A stretch of DNA of 64,000 nt from Bacillota bacterium (GTDB lineage Bacteria; Bacillota; DTU030), in NCBI GenBank assembly GCA_012518435.1, contig JAAYSG010000025.1:7055-71054 (forward strand), in the 5' to 3' direction. Within the stretch, counting starts at the first letter, position 1. Each line of letters begins with the position of its first letter. A program made the position numbers and the translations under genes. The notes beneath the pieces are model-generated. The model saw only the letters and a list, made by a program, of their open reading frames with translations. It ran no database searches and was not told where the DNA came from. Shown piece after piece: positions 38,112 to 49,381 of this stretch.

Positions 38112-39281
38112 GTGGAACCATTACTGGGATTTGTAATTGTCAGTTCAATATTCGCCATCGGTGATATTGTCTCCATTAAGTCTAAATCGCTTTTATCTGT
38201 TTTATTTGTTGCCTCGGTATTTTATTTAATTGGTTTCTGGACAATTTTCCCGGCGGATATTAACACTATCGCCCAGGTGCAAGGTGTTGGTGCCATGATG
38301 ATTCCTGTCCTTATAACCCATATGGGTACCCTATTGAATACACGACAGCTTATTGACCAGTGGAAAACCGTAATCATAACCATTGTTGCCTTGGTAGGTG
38401 TCGGTGTCCTGGTCTATGGCGTCGGTGGGTTTATTTTTGGCCGCGAGGTCGCCATTGCAGCTTCCCCACCCATTGCCGGTGGAGTTGTGGCTGGCTTAAT
38501 CATGTCTGAGGCAGCCACTGCCATTAACCGCCCCGAACTTGCCGTACTGGCAACACTGCTGGTTGTCGTCCAAGGTTTCATTGGCTACCCCTTGGCCTCA
38601 TTTTGCCTGACCCGGGAAGCCAGAAAGATCTTGTCAGGCGAAATAGTCACCGACAATGCCGTATCCCAATCCGCTGCAGCAGAAGAAAAAGCAAGGTTTA
38701 AGTTACCCCAACTAGCAGAGGACCTGCAGACACCCTTTGTTCTCATCGCTAAGGTGGCTGTAGTGGCTTATTTGGCCGTACTTTTGGCCAATGCTATTCC
38801 CGGGACCCCCATCCATCCCTATGTCATGACCCTGATCATCGGTGTTATTGCTGGGGAAATCGGTCTTTTGGAAACTGATATCCTCACTAAGGGCAACGCC
38901 TTTGGCTTTGGTATTTTGGCTTTGATGGCCATCATTATGACTAACTTAAACCAGGCCACCCCAGAGATGCTGGCAGGCCTTTTAGCCCCCATGTTTGGCT
39001 GCTTGATATTGGGAGCCATTGGTATAGCCATTGGTTCTTCTATAGTTGGTAAATTCCTTGGCCTAAGCATAGAAATGTCCACCGCCATTGGCGTCTCAGC
39101 TCTTTTTGGCTTCCCCGGTACCTTTATCCTTTCCCACGAGGCTGCCAAGGCAGCCACTACCTCACCGGAAGGTAGGCAAAAGGTCTTGGATCATATTCTG
39201 CCCAAAATGCTGGTGGCGGGCTTCATGACCGTTACCATCGCCTCCGTTGTTATGGCGGGTATCTTTGCCAACTGGCTCTAA
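38112..39281 (+). CDS. polytopic membrane protein (possibly DUF3100-like), permease 2
   Basis: 389 aa hydrophobic; RBS AGGAGG. Confidence 0.5.
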   Translation: MEPLLGFVIVSSIFAIGDIVSIKSKSLLSVLFVASVFYLIGFWTIFPADINTIAQVQGVGAMMIPVLITHMGTLLNTRQLIDQWKTVIITIVALVGVGVLVYGVGGFIFGREVAIAASPPIAGGVVAGLIMSEAATAINRPELAVLATLLVVVQGFIGYPLASFCLTREARKILSGEIVTDNAVSQSAAAEEKARFKLPQLAEDLQTPFVLIAKVAVVAYLAVLLANAIPGTPIHPYVMTLIIGVIAGEIGLLETDILTKGNAFGFGILALMAIIMTNLNQATPEMLAGLLAPMFGCLILGAIGIAIGSSIVGKFLGLSIEMSTAIGVSALFGFPGTFILSHEAAKAATTSPEGRQKVLDHILPKMLVAGFMTVTIASVVMAGIFANWL

Positions 39282-39381
39282 TATAAAGGATATATTTGTC
39301 CAAACCACCATAGGAGTATCTTGGCGGCCCCCCACCAGGGGGCTGCTCCATTATAATTAATTTTAAAAGGAGGTTATAACT

Positions 39382-40560
39382 ATGAAGGTGTTTCAAAACA
39401 TGAAACTTATCGATGGGACGGGGAAATCCTGGGAGCAGGCTGTTTTAGTGGTGGAGGGAGACAAGGTGGTTGCCCTGGGTAAGCCAGGGGAAGTTACCTT
39501 ACCGGCAAAGGCAGAAGTAATCGATTTGGCTGGGAAAACCCTACTACCGGGTCTGATTGACGCTCACGTCCACCTTTGTTTTGAACCAGGACCCGATCCT
39601 GTCACAACACTTGTCGCCGAATCTGAAGCCACCACCGCCCTAACGGCGGCTAGAAATGCCGCTGTAACCTTAAGGAGTGGGGTTACAACCATCCGGGATT
39701 TGGGGGGCAAGAATTTTATTGATTTGGATATTAGGGATGCCATTGCCAAGGGCAAGATCCCAGGCCCCAGGATGTTAGCCGGTGGTCAGTTTATTTGTAT
39801 GACCGGGGGACATGGCTGGCAAATGGGCTATGAAGTAGACAGCCCTGCAGAAGCCCGCAAGGCAGCCCGGGTACAGCTTAAGCAAGGTGTCGATGTTGTA
39901 AAAATTATGGCCACCGGAGGGGTAATGACGGCAGGTGTGGAACCAGGTTCCCCCCAATTGACAGAAGAAGAAATGCGGGCGGCAATAATTGAGGCCCATA
40001 AGGGCGGGCGCAAGACAGCCACCCATGCCCAGGGGACAACGGGCATCCAAAATGCCATTCGGGCTGGTATCGATTCCGTCGAACACGGCATCTTCTTGGA
40101 CGAAAAAACAGTGGAAATGATGTTGGAGAGGGATGTCTACCTGTCTGCCACCTTGGTAGCCCCCCACTGGATTGTGGAATATGGCCGCGAGGCTGGAATC
40201 CCGGACCACGCCGTGGCCAAGAGTGAAATGGTTATGGAACACCACTTTAATAGCTTTGAATTAGCCTATAGGAGTGGGGTTAAAATCGTTATGGGCACCG
40301 ATGCCGGTACACCCTTTAATATCCACGGCAAAAATTCCTTTGAACTAAAATTGATGGTGGATCGGGGCATGAGTCCCATGGAAGCCATCATAGCAGCCAC
40401 CAAAACCGGCTCAGAACTCTTGGGGGTTGACAAGGAAGTAGGTACCCTTGAGCCGGGTAAAAAAGCAGACCTATTAGTTGTGGATGGAGATCCCTTGAAA
40501 GACATAAACAACATTGCCAATGTATACCAGGTATATAAGGATGGTATCTTAGTCGACTAG
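39382..40560 (+). CDS. metal-dependent amidohydrolase-superfamily hydrolase
   Basis: LLPGLIDAHVHL metal-binding start, TIM-barrel amidohydrolase pattern; RBS AAAGGAGG. Confidence 0.75.
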   Translation: MKVFQNMKLIDGTGKSWEQAVLVVEGDKVVALGKPGEVTLPAKAEVIDLAGKTLLPGLIDAHVHLCFEPGPDPVTTLVAESEATTALTAARNAAVTLRSGVTTIRDLGGKNFIDLDIRDAIAKGKIPGPRMLAGGQFICMTGGHGWQMGYEVDSPAEARKAARVQLKQGVDVVKIMATGGVMTAGVEPGSPQLTEEEMRAAIIEAHKGGRKTATHAQGTTGIQNAIRAGIDSVEHGIFLDEKTVEMMLERDVYLSATLVAPHWIVEYGREAGIPDHAVAKSEMVMEHHFNSFELAYRSGVKIVMGTDAGTPFNIHGKNSFELKLMVDRGMSPMEAIIAATKTGSELLGVDKEVGTLEPGKKADLLVVDGDPLKDINNIANVYQVYKDGILVD

Positions 40561-40593
40561 TATAGGGTGAAAAATTATAAAGGAGGAAAGGAA

Positions 40594-40947
40594 ATGGGTA
40601 AGGTGGTAATTTTGACGGAGATGACCCTGGCCCCGGAAGGAAAGGAAAGATACAGGGAACTTGGCGAAGTATTTGGACCCCGCATGGCTGACCTGGAGGG
40701 CTACCTGGGGGGCGAGCGCTTTCAAAGCATGAATAACCCCGATAGATTCCTTTCCCTCCACGTTTGGGAAAGTGAGGAGGCAGTTGCAAAGTGGCGAAAT
40801 AACCCTGAACACCGTGAGGCACAGAAGGAGGCAAGGGAAAAAGTATATGCCGATTATAAAATAATAGCTGCACACATAGTAAGGGAATACTCTAAGGAGG
40901 ATAGAGATGAAGCCCCGGCTGATTCCAACGAGTGCTTGATCGATTAG
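40594..40947 (+). CDS. ABM domain protein, copy 2
   Basis: Paralogue of 36240-36593 (LSLHVWESEEAVAKWRNNPEHR); RBS AAAGGAGGAAAGGAA. Confidence 0.6.
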   Translation: MGKVVILTEMTLAPEGKERYRELGEVFGPRMADLEGYLGGERFQSMNNPDRFLSLHVWESEEAVAKWRNNPEHREAQKEAREKVYADYKIIAAHIVREYSKEDRDEAPADSNECLID

Positions 40948-40964
40948 GTGTTTCGGCATAAAAT

Positions 40965-41016
40965 GATAAAAGGGGGCCACCCAACCGCTTAGGAAGGGTT
41001 GATGCCCCTTTTTTCT
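40965..41016. terminator. bidirectional terminator between ABM-2 and MATE genes
   Basis: AAAAGGGGGC...GCCCCTTTTTT. Confidence 0.65.
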
Positions 41017-41115
41017 TCCGCCCACCCCAGGAAGATGCTAGTGAGCCACGGGATAAAATTCATTTGATCCGGCCCCTGGGGCAATTTTGTGAAGGGGATA
41101 AGCAGAGAAACCATA

Positions 41116-42507
41116 TTATTCCATCCCCATTTCAAAATGTTGACGCCTTCCCCCCCGCCCGGTGGAAATTGCATCCTGCCTTATGTTCTTTATACCAAAG
41201 TAAAACCAAGTACCGGTTATTATTACGGAACTTAAATCCGCAAAGGGAGCTGCATGTAGCAAACCATTAATACCCCAAACCCGGGAAAAGACAATTATTG
41301 CCGGAATAAGGAAAATAACCTGCCTTGTTAGGGTAAGGAACATCGCTGTCATTGATTTGCCGATACACTGGAAATAACTGGAGGCAATGATCTGAAAACC
41401 CACCAGGGGCAGGCACAAAAACCAAGATAAAAGGGCAGAAGTGCCGAATTCAATTAATTCCGGTTCATTGTTAAATAGAGAAATCATTTGCACCGGGAAT
41501 AACCTTGTTGCCGTATAGCCCACAATTACAATAAAGGTAGCAGCTATAATGGCCAACCTAACGGCGGCAATTACCCGTTCATACTTTCTGGCTCCGTAAT
41601 TAAAACTAACTATAGGCTGTAGGCCTTGCCTTAAACCCAATACAGGCATGAGAAGTATAGTCATTAGGCTATTAATTACACCCATACCCGAAATTGCAAT
41701 GTCCCCGCCATAGAGCAACAGGTTCTTATTTAGAACAACATTGAGTAGACTATTGACCAAGTGGAGGGAAAACCCGGGAATTCCCAAGGAGGTAATACGC
41801 ATCACGATAGGAAGCCTCAACTTCATATATTTCCCCTTTAGTTTGTTTTTGCTGCGGGGACCAATAAAGTAAGACACAACCCAGATGGCAGAGGCGCACT
41901 GGGCTATAATAGTTGCCAGGGCTGCACCGGCCATGCCCATTTTAAAAACAATGATAAACAAAGGATCCAGTAAGGTATTCAAGCCCGCACCCATGAACAT
42001 GGTCAGCATGGCAATTCTGGGATTACCATCGGCACGAATAAAGTTGTTAAGGCCCATGCTAACTACTTGGAAAACTGCCCCAAAAAAAATGATACGCATG
42101 TATTCCACCGAATAGGGTAGAACAGTTGCACTGGCGCCAAAGGCGACCAATAAGGGGCGTAAAAATATTTGTCCCAGGATCATAAATACAATGCCCGCCG
42201 TTACCAGTAAGACAAAGGCGTTGCCCAAAGCCTGCTCAGCCTCTTCCCGCCTTTTTTCACCCAACTTTAGGGAAAATAAAGTTGCCCCACCTACCCCAAA
42301 GAGAAGTCCCAGGGACATAAGAATAATCATAATGGGAAAACCGATGGTAATGCCGGCAATACCATTATAGCCAACATTATTGCCAATAAATATTCTGTCC
42401 ACCACATTGTACAAGGCATTTACCATCATTCCCACAATAGCCGGCAGAGAAAATTCCAGCAATAATTTTGCTACTTCCTTTTCACCCAGTGGATTAGTAT
42501 CCGCCAT
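41116..42507 (-). CDS. MATE-family multidrug/metabolite efflux transporter
   Basis: 463 aa, 12 TM, N-terminal LPAIVGMMVNALYNVVDRIFIG typical of MATE. Confidence 0.8.
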   Translation of the reverse strand: MADTNPLGEKEVAKLLLEFSLPAIVGMMVNALYNVVDRIFIGNNVGYNGIAGITIGFPIMIILMSLGLLFGVGGATLFSLKLGEKRREEAEQALGNAFVLLVTAGIVFMILGQIFLRPLLVAFGASATVLPYSVEYMRIIFFGAVFQVVSMGLNNFIRADGNPRIAMLTMFMGAGLNTLLDPLFIIVFKMGMAGAALATIIAQCASAIWVVSYFIGPRSKNKLKGKYMKLRLPIVMRITSLGIPGFSLHLVNSLLNVVLNKNLLLYGGDIAISGMGVINSLMTILLMPVLGLRQGLQPIVSFNYGARKYERVIAAVRLAIIAATFIVIVGYTATRLFPVQMISLFNNEPELIEFGTSALLSWFLCLPLVGFQIIASSYFQCIGKSMTAMFLTLTRQVIFLIPAIIVFSRVWGINGLLHAAPFADLSSVIITGTWFYFGIKNIRQDAISTGRGGRRQHFEMGME

Positions 42508-42949
42508 GCCTATTCCCCCAATACTTTCTTTTTATTTGCCCCGGATTTTGCTTTTAGTCATTATATGATTTAATCCCGCCCAGGGGGGAACCTTCAAGGT
42601 AGCCAGCAAAGAAAAAGGTTGTTCGTCTGGCAACTGCGATGGCCAGCCCCAATTTACCCAATTGCCCCCCTTCCCATCATAGCCTCTTACCTATATTATA
42701 GCTCCAAACACTACTTTGCAAGGCCACCACCACAAGGGTGAACCGATATTTTGCTTTTTTGACCAGGGAAAAAGTACCTGCCGGAGAATATAAAGGTTAT
42801 CCCCCTTAAGGGAAAATTTCTTCTCCCCATCTGCAAAATCCTTGGCCCTTGGGGTGGAGGGCCTTTTCTTACCTTTTTAAACCCTTGGGATGCAATGGTT
42901 TAAGATTGTGTCAAAGGCTCAGCAAATAATATATTAGGAGGGAACCTAT

Positions 42950-44116
42950 ATGAAGGTCCGTAGATTGGCCGCCCAGCTTCAGCCCCAGCTGGTGGAAATA
43001 AGACGCCATTTCCACATGTATCCAGAGCCAAGTTGGGAGGAAGTAAGTACCAGCCAAAGAATTGCCCAGGAACTGGCAAAATTAGGGATTCCTGTGCGGC
43101 GGTTGGCAAAAACGGGTTTGGTGGGTACCTTAAAGGGTGATAGGCCGGGCAGAACCGTTGCCCTCAGGGCGGATATGGATGCCCTATCAATACAAGAAGA
43201 AACTGGCCTTTCCTTTGCTTCCAAAAACAAGGGATTCATGCATGCCTGTGGCCATGACTGCCATATTGCCTCCCTACTGGGGGCCGCTAAGATACTGGCA
43301 AGGATGAGGGGGGAAATTGCGGGGACAATAAAATTCTTCTTCCAGCCAGCGGAGGAATCACTGCAGGGGGCAAAGGTCATGATGGCCGAGGGAGCCATGG
43401 ATGGAATAGACGCCATCTTTGGTATGCATGTGTCCAGCGAACTGCCGGTAGGTACGGTGAATATAGTTTCCGGACCCCGTATGGCCTCGGCTGATATGTT
43501 CACAATTAGAGTGCAGGGTAAGGGTGGACATGGCTCAGCACCCCAGCAGGGGGTAGATGCCATTCTGGTGGGCTCAGCCCTTGTCATTAATCTTCAATCC
43601 ATTGTCAGTCGTGAATTTAATCCCCTTGAACCCTTAGTAGTCCATGTGGGTAAGTTAATATCTGGCGACCGCTTCAATATTATAGCCAGCCGGGCAATAA
43701 TAGAAGGGACAAACCGCACCTTTAACCATGAAATAAGAAAACAACTGCCTGATATTATGCAAAGAATCATTAAGAATACCACAGGGGCGTATCGGGCCAG
43801 TGCCGAATTGGAATACAAGTGGGGCTGCCCTGTACTTGTTAATGATGATTCTTTATCTAAAATGGCACAGGGAACCGTTAAAAGACTGTATGGAAATGAA
43901 AGCCTTGTCGGTATGGCCCCCCTTACCGCCAGTGAAGATTTTTCATACTATGTCGAAAAAGCCCCGGGTGCCTATGCCTTCTTAGGCGTCGGTAACAAAG
44001 AAAAAGACACGGAATGGCCCCTTCATCATTCTCACTTCAATGTGGATGAAAATGCCTTACAAATAGGCGCTGCACTTTACGCCCAATTCGCCCTGGACTA
44101 CTTGGCGGCAAAATAA
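42950..44116 (+). CDS. M20D-family amidohydrolase, copy 2 (about 78 percent identical to copy 1)
   Basis: Same motifs MHACGHDCH etc.; near-colinear with 36735-37901 product. Confidence 0.8.
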   Translation: MKVRRLAAQLQPQLVEIRRHFHMYPEPSWEEVSTSQRIAQELAKLGIPVRRLAKTGLVGTLKGDRPGRTVALRADMDALSIQEETGLSFASKNKGFMHACGHDCHIASLLGAAKILARMRGEIAGTIKFFFQPAEESLQGAKVMMAEGAMDGIDAIFGMHVSSELPVGTVNIVSGPRMASADMFTIRVQGKGGHGSAPQQGVDAILVGSALVINLQSIVSREFNPLEPLVVHVGKLISGDRFNIIASRAIIEGTNRTFNHEIRKQLPDIMQRIIKNTTGAYRASAELEYKWGCPVLVNDDSLSKMAQGTVKRLYGNESLVGMAPLTASEDFSYYVEKAPGAYAFLGVGNKEKDTEWPLHHSHFNVDENALQIGAALYAQFALDYLAAK

Positions 44117-44155
44117 TTAGGCTTCTTCCCCTCATTCATAACCTTAGCCATTATT

Positions 44156-45118
44156 TTATTTAACCAAGTGGATAAACTCGCCATAGCCCTCTTCAACCAT
44201 TTTTTCATAGGGGATAAATTTCAGTGCGGCACTGTTAATACAATACCTTAAACCACCTTTTTCCCGGGGCCCATCGGTGAAAACATGACCCAAATGGCTA
44301 TCTCCACCCCGGCTGCGGACCTCTGTGCGCAGCATTCCGTGGCTGTCATCTTCCCTTTTCACTATGACATCCTCATTGATTGGCTTGGTAAAACTGGGCC
44401 AACCGCAGCCTGATTCATATTTGTCTGGGGAAACAAACAGAGGTTCTCCGGTTACAATATCCACATAGATACCCTTTTCATAATTGTCATTGTATTCATT
44501 GGCAAAGGGTGCTTCTGTATAACCCTCTTGTGTTACCTTGTATTGAAGGGGTGTCAACTTTTTCCTAATTATATCCTGGGAAGGTTTTTCATAGCGGCGC
44601 TGCTCCACCTTCAATTCATCCCGTGGTAAAGCGGCCAGATCTATATGACAATAGCCGCCGGGATTTTTCGCCAGATAATCTTGGTGGTACTCCTCCGCCA
44701 AATGATAATTTTGCAGGGGCATTACCTCCGTAACAATTGGCCGGCTATACTTTTTCTGTTCCCGGTTCAGCACCCTTTTTATGCAGGCTTGATCTGCTTC
44801 ATCCCCATAATAAATCCCCGTCCGATATTGGGTCCCAATGTCGGGCCCCTGTCTATCCTTAACGGTGGGATCAATAACCCGGAAAAAGTAGGTCAAGAGC
44901 CTCTCCAGGCTGATGATATCGGGATCATAGGTTACCTCCACCGCCTCCACATGGCCGGTGGAGGATATTTTCTCATAAGTGGGGCTATCCCCCCGGCCGT
45001 TGGCATAACCCACACTGGTGGCAACAACACCCTTAATTCGGGCAAAATAGGCTTCAACCCCCCAGAAACAACCTCCAGCCAGCCATATTTTTTTCCCGCA
45101 CTCCCGAACATTCTCCAT
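44156..45118 (-). CDS. msrAB: bifunctional peptide methionine sulfoxide reductase MsrA/MsrB
   Basis: MsrA GCFWGVEA motif N-terminal, Msr[10 protein letters not shown] motif C-terminal. Confidence 0.85.
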   Translation of the reverse strand: MENVRECGKKIWLAGGCFWGVEAYFARIKGVVATSVGYANGRGDSPTYEKISSTGHVEAVEVTYDPDIISLERLLTYFFRVIDPTVKDRQGPDIGTQYRTGIYYGDEADQACIKRVLNREQKKYSRPIVTEVMPLQNYHLAEEYHQDYLAKNPGGYCHIDLAALPRDELKVEQRRYEKPSQDIIRKKLTPLQYKVTQEGYTEAPFANEYNDNYEKGIYVDIVTGEPLFVSPDKYESGCGWPSFTKPINEDVIVKREDDSHGMLRTEVRSRGGDSHLGHVFTDGPREKGGLRYCINSAALKFIPYEKMVEEGYGEFIHLVK

Positions 45119-45280
45119 CTTCCCAGCCTCCCTAGTTTTTATTTGCCTAGCCAGACAGTATCTAATATTCCCTACCCTTTCTTTCCCATAACATTAAACC
45201 CGACAAAATTCTTCTTGCCCCAAAGAATTTCAAGTGGACCTTAGGTAGATAATAATAGCAAAAGCAAGGGAGGGATTTGT

Positions 45281-47338
45281 TTGAGCGCCACGATAAGAAC
45301 TTCCAATCGTCTGCTAAAGGAAAAATCTCCTTACCTTCTCCAACATGCCCACAACCCGGTGGACTGGTATCCCTGGAGTGATGAGGCCTTCACCAGGGCC
45401 CAAAGGGAAGATAAACCTATTTTTCTCTCCATCGGCTATTCCACTTGTCATTGGTGCCATGTAATGGAAAGAGAATCCTTTGCGGATAACGAAGTAGCGG
45501 CTTTTCTAAATAAACACTTCATAGCCATCAAGGTTGACCGGGAGGAAAGGCCCGACATTGATCACCTTTACATGCTGGCCTGCCAGACCATATCGGGACA
45601 GGGCGGCTGGCCCTTGACAATCATTATGAACCCGGATAAAAAACCCTTTTTCGCCGGCACTTATTTCCCCAAGGAGAGTAAATACGGCCGGCCGGGCCTA
45701 ATAGAAGTTTTGCGGCTGGTACAGGACCACTGGGAGAACAAACGGGAGGAGCTGGAAGAAACCGCTAGGGAGATAGTAACCAGCCTCCAACCCCGATCCC
45801 AGGCAGATGAAAAAAAACTGGCTGAAAACACATTGGAGGAGGCCTACCGGATTCTCAGGGAGGATTATGATAGTAAATACGGGGGTTTTGGCCAAGCACC
45901 CAAATTCCCCATGCCCCACAATTTATTTTTCCTTTTCCGTTACTATCACTGGACAGGGGAGAGGGAGGCCCTATCCATGGGGGAAAGAACCCTGGAAACC
46001 ATGCACCGGGGGGGAATATATGATCACCTTGGTTACGGCTTCTCCCGTTACTCCGTGGACCGGGAATGGCTTATCCCCCATTTTGAAAAGATGCTTTACG
46101 ACAACGCACTTCTGGCCATGGCCTACCTAGAGGGATACCAAATATCGGGCAGGGAAAGATTTGCCCGCATAGCCCGGGAGATATTTACCTACGTACTGCG
46201 GGACATGACCTCCCCTGGCGGTGCTTTTTATTCTGCCCAAGACGCCGATTCCGAAGGTGAAGAAGGAAAATATTATACCTGGACCCCCGGAGAAATTAGA
46301 GAAGTACTGGGTGATGATCTGGGGGAGAAATTCTGCCACTACTATGGGGTTACAAAGGCTGGGAATTTCGCGGGCAAAAATGTTCTCAATAGGATACATG
46401 CCCTAAATACCCCCGGTGACCCCCGGGAGGAGGAGAGCCTTGCCGTTGCTTATCAAAAACTCTTTGCCGCCCGAGAAGGGCGAAGCCACCCCCATAGAGA
46501 CGACAAGGTCTTAACATCCTGGAATGGCCTAATGATTGCCGCCTTGGCCATGGGTGCCAGGATCCTTGCTGAACCCGAGTATCTAAGGGCGGCAAGGAAA
46601 GCACTGGACTTTATCCGCAATCACCTTCACGATCAAGATGGGCGCCTTTTGGCCCGCTATCGAGATGGTGATGCCGCCCACCCCGCCTATCTTGATGATC
46701 ATGCCACCCTCATTTGGGCCCTATTGGAATTGTATCAAGCAGATCCTTGCCCCTCCTACCTGCGGTGGGCCCTTTCACTACAGGAGGAGCTGGACCATCT
46801 CTTTTGGGATGAAGAGGATGGGGGATATTTTTTCTCCGGCAGTGATGGCGAAGAACTATTTGTCCGCTCCAAGGCAATCCATGATGGTGCCATGCCATCG
46901 GGTAATTCAATGGCTGCCCTTAATCTCACTCGCTTGGGCCGCCTCACCGGGCGGGAGGAGTATTTACACCGGGCCGACAGGCTCCTGCAAGCCTTCTCCC
47001 AATCCATTAGCCACTACCCAGCCGGTTATACCTTTTCCTTACTTTCACTTCACCAGCTCCTCTTCCCTGGCCGGGAAATAGTTGTGGTAACACCCCCCAC
47101 CGATGGAGAAATGCGGGAGCAATTGACATCCCTTGGGCAAATCTTTGCCCCCACCACCACCCTTCTTTACCTAGGGGGAGAAAATGGCGGCGAAGAATTA
47201 AAAACCATCGCACCCTTTGTGGGTAAAATGACCCCCTTGGATGGAAAGGTTACCTATTACATTTGTGAGGATTTCACCTGTCGCCAGCCCACCACAGATT
47301 TTAACCGGGTTAAAGCAATTTTGGTCGGAAAAGGCTAG
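45281..47338 (+). CDS. yyaL: thioredoxin-domain protein of YyaL/DUF255 family fused to six-hairpin glycosidase-like domain
   Basis: 685 aa; DUF255 signature CHWCHVME. Confidence 0.8.
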   Translation: MSATIRTSNRLLKEKSPYLLQHAHNPVDWYPWSDEAFTRAQREDKPIFLSIGYSTCHWCHVMERESFADNEVAAFLNKHFIAIKVDREERPDIDHLYMLACQTISGQGGWPLTIIMNPDKKPFFAGTYFPKESKYGRPGLIEVLRLVQDHWENKREELEETAREIVTSLQPRSQADEKKLAENTLEEAYRILREDYDSKYGGFGQAPKFPMPHNLFFLFRYYHWTGEREALSMGERTLETMHRGGIYDHLGYGFSRYSVDREWLIPHFEKMLYDNALLAMAYLEGYQISGRERFARIAREIFTYVLRDMTSPGGAFYSAQDADSEGEEGKYYTWTPGEIREVLGDDLGEKFCHYYGVTKAGNFAGKNVLNRIHALNTPGDPREEESLAVAYQKLFAAREGRSHPHRDDKVLTSWNGLMIAALAMGARILAEPEYLRAARKALDFIRNHLHDQDGRLLARYRDGDAAHPAYLDDHATLIWALLELYQADPCPSYLRWALSLQEELDHLFWDEEDGGYFFSGSDGEELFVRSKAIHDGAMPSGNSMAALNLTRLGRLTGREEYLHRADRLLQAFSQSISHYPAGYTFSLLSLHQLLFPGREIVVVTPPTDGEMREQLTSLGQIFAPTTTLLYLGGENGGEELKTIAPFVGKMTPLDGKVTYYICEDFTCRQPTTDFNRVKAILVGKG

Positions 47339-47416
47339 AAGACCCCGGCCCCCGCCCCAAAAACAGTAGAAGATTATTTCCCCGGGGGAAAAAGGAAAGC
47401 CCTCCTAAAAATATTT

Positions 47417-47446
47417 GGGGCTGGCAGGATGTCGCCAGCCCCTTTA
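47417..47446 (+). terminator. terminator after yyaL
   Basis: GGGGCTGGC-aggatgtc-GCCAGCCCC then TTTACA. Confidence 0.55.
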
Positions 47447-47448
47447 CA

Positions 47449-47462
47449 CGAACACATGTTCG
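47449..47462 (+). promoter_or_regulatory. Gram-positive LexA (DinR) SOS box CGAACACATGTTCG, overlapping TATAAT -10 element
   Basis: Exact match to CGAACRNRYGTTCG consensus; TATAAT at 47466-47471; 80 bp upstream of Y-family polymerase gene. Confidence 0.75.
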
Positions 47463-47542
47463 GATTATAATATAGTTACCACACAGGGAAAGAACTAAAC
47501 CATCCTGTGGGAAAAAACTAGCGGACAACCCGGGGTAGGTGA

Positions 47543-48802
47543 ATGAAATTGCCCAGAAGAAGTAGGCTTATCTTTCATATCGATGTCAATTCCGCTTATC
47601 TTTCCTGGGAGGCAGCAGATCAATTACAGCATGGGGCCTCCCTGGATATACGGACAGTCCCCTCTGTAATTGGCGGTGACGCCGAAAAAAGACGGGGAAT
47701 AGTACTGGCCAAATCCATACCAACAAAAAAATATCAAATTAATACAGGAGATACCTTATACTCAGCCCGCCTAAAATGTCCCCAACTACTAATTTTTCCC
47801 CCACGCTATGACCTGTACATACGCTCCAGTGCTGCCATGTTGGAACTCCTGGGGGAATATTCCCCCTCTATTCAAAGGTATTCCATTGACGAGGTCTTTA
47901 TGGACTATACCAAGATGGAAGAGCATTTTGGCGAACCCATAAGGGTCGCCCACCACATCAAAGATAAGGTTAAAAGGGAATTGGGTTTTACCGTCAATAT
48001 AGGAATAGCAGAAAATAAGCTCCTGGCCAAAATGGCCTCCAATTTTACCAAGCCCGATAGGGTGCACACCCTTTTTCCCGAAGAAATCCCAACAAAGTTA
48101 TGGCCTTTACCCGTTGAGGACCTCTTCATGGTGGGGAGGGCAACGGTTCCCAAACTACACCGCATCGGCATCTACACCATCGGGGATCTGGCCCACAGCG
48201 ATCCAAAACTACTAAAAAAGAGACTAAAAAGTCATGGAACACTTATTTGGAACTATGCCAATGGTAAGGAAAATTCCCCAGTGGGAAATATTCCCGGCAT
48301 AAAAAGTATCGGCAACTCCTCCACCATTTCCTTTGATGTGGAGGACAGGAAAACAGCCCATATGTTTTTACTTTCCCTCACCGAAATGGTAGCCATGCGT
48401 TTGCGCAGCAGCAATTACCTTGCCCAAGTTATAGGCGTCTCCTTAAAATCACAGGAGTTTTTTTCCTACTCCCACCAGCGCAGACTATACACACCAACGG
48501 ATTCTACCAACAAAATATACACCACTGCCCTGGCCCTTTTTGGAGAAATGTGGCAGGGTGAACCGCTAAGGGCCCTTGGAATTAGGGTAGGCGGCCTTGT
48601 CGACAATACCCCACGGCAATTATCCCTCTTTGACCCCGGGGATTTGTACAGACAAAGGGCCCTTGATACAGTGGTTGATAAGATGAGGGTTAAGTATGGG
48701 TCTAATATAATTATGCGGGCGGTTTTCCTCCATTCCGGCATAAAACCCCTTACGGGGGGAGTAGGGGAAGAAGATTATCCCCTGATGTCAAGTATTCTCT
48801 GA
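47543..48802 (+). CDS. dinB: Y-family translesion DNA polymerase (DinB/UmuC-like)
   Basis: IFHIDVNSAYLSWEA and SIDEVFMDYT palm motifs; 419 aa. Confidence 0.8.
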   Translation: MKLPRRSRLIFHIDVNSAYLSWEAADQLQHGASLDIRTVPSVIGGDAEKRRGIVLAKSIPTKKYQINTGDTLYSARLKCPQLLIFPPRYDLYIRSSAAMLELLGEYSPSIQRYSIDEVFMDYTKMEEHFGEPIRVAHHIKDKVKRELGFTVNIGIAENKLLAKMASNFTKPDRVHTLFPEEIPTKLWPLPVEDLFMVGRATVPKLHRIGIYTIGDLAHSDPKLLKKRLKSHGTLIWNYANGKENSPVGNIPGIKSIGNSSTISFDVEDRKTAHMFLLSLTEMVAMRLRSSNYLAQVIGVSLKSQEFFSYSHQRRLYTPTDSTNKIYTTALALFGEMWQGEPLRALGIRVGGLVDNTPRQLSLFDPGDLYRQRALDTVVDKMRVKYGSNIIMRAVFLHSGIKPLTGGVGEEDYPLMSSIL

Positions 48803-48909
48803 GGGGTTCCCAAACAATGCCTAACCCCATAAAGGGCCAAGGAAATTGGCATGAGCCCGGGCTTACATAATGAAACCCTTGGCCATGAACCTATAATGAA
48901 CCTCAGGAG

Positions 48910-49182
48910 GTGCGGGAAATGAAAGTCCTCATGAAACCCATTGACATGATAGCAACCCATCCCCGGGAAGGGATACCCATTCCCTTTAAATACAGGATAA
49001 GCAGTACTGATGGAACAAAAAAAGTGATAAAGGTCGATAAAATTATCCATAGAGATGAGGAGAAATTAGCCGGCAATAGGATGCTCCTTTACAGGTGCCA
49101 AAGCGTAATTAACGGTAGGGAGCGAATTTATGAATTAAAATATGAGGTGAGCACCTGCCGCTGGTTCTTGTTTAAGATTTGA
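48910..49182 (+). CDS. small protein co-transcribed downstream of Y-family polymerase
   Basis: 90 aa, RBS AGGAGGTG; no recognisable motif. Confidence 0.4.
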   Translation: MREMKVLMKPIDMIATHPREGIPIPFKYRISSTDGTKKVIKVDKIIHRDEEKLAGNRMLLYRCQSVINGRERIYELKYEVSTCRWFLFKI

Positions 49183-49381
49183 CCATGGCACAGCCCGATG
49201 GCAAAAACACCCCAACCTAAGATGCTAGCATGGGCTACTGGCCATTAGCCAAGTTTTTGTTAATATTGCGGGGAGGAGGCAATTATAATAACAAATGGTT
49301 TACCCACCCCAACCCGGGGAAGGACTTGACGGGATTGTCGGCGAATATTATCCAGAAATCACTATAAGGAGTGAGGGCAAA

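Noticed and set aside
42508-42949. T-box leader upstream of the second M20D gene
   Set aside because: No specifier-loop or T-box (GGGTGGNACCGCG-like) sequence is present. It is probably a plain divergent promoter region shared with the MATE gene.
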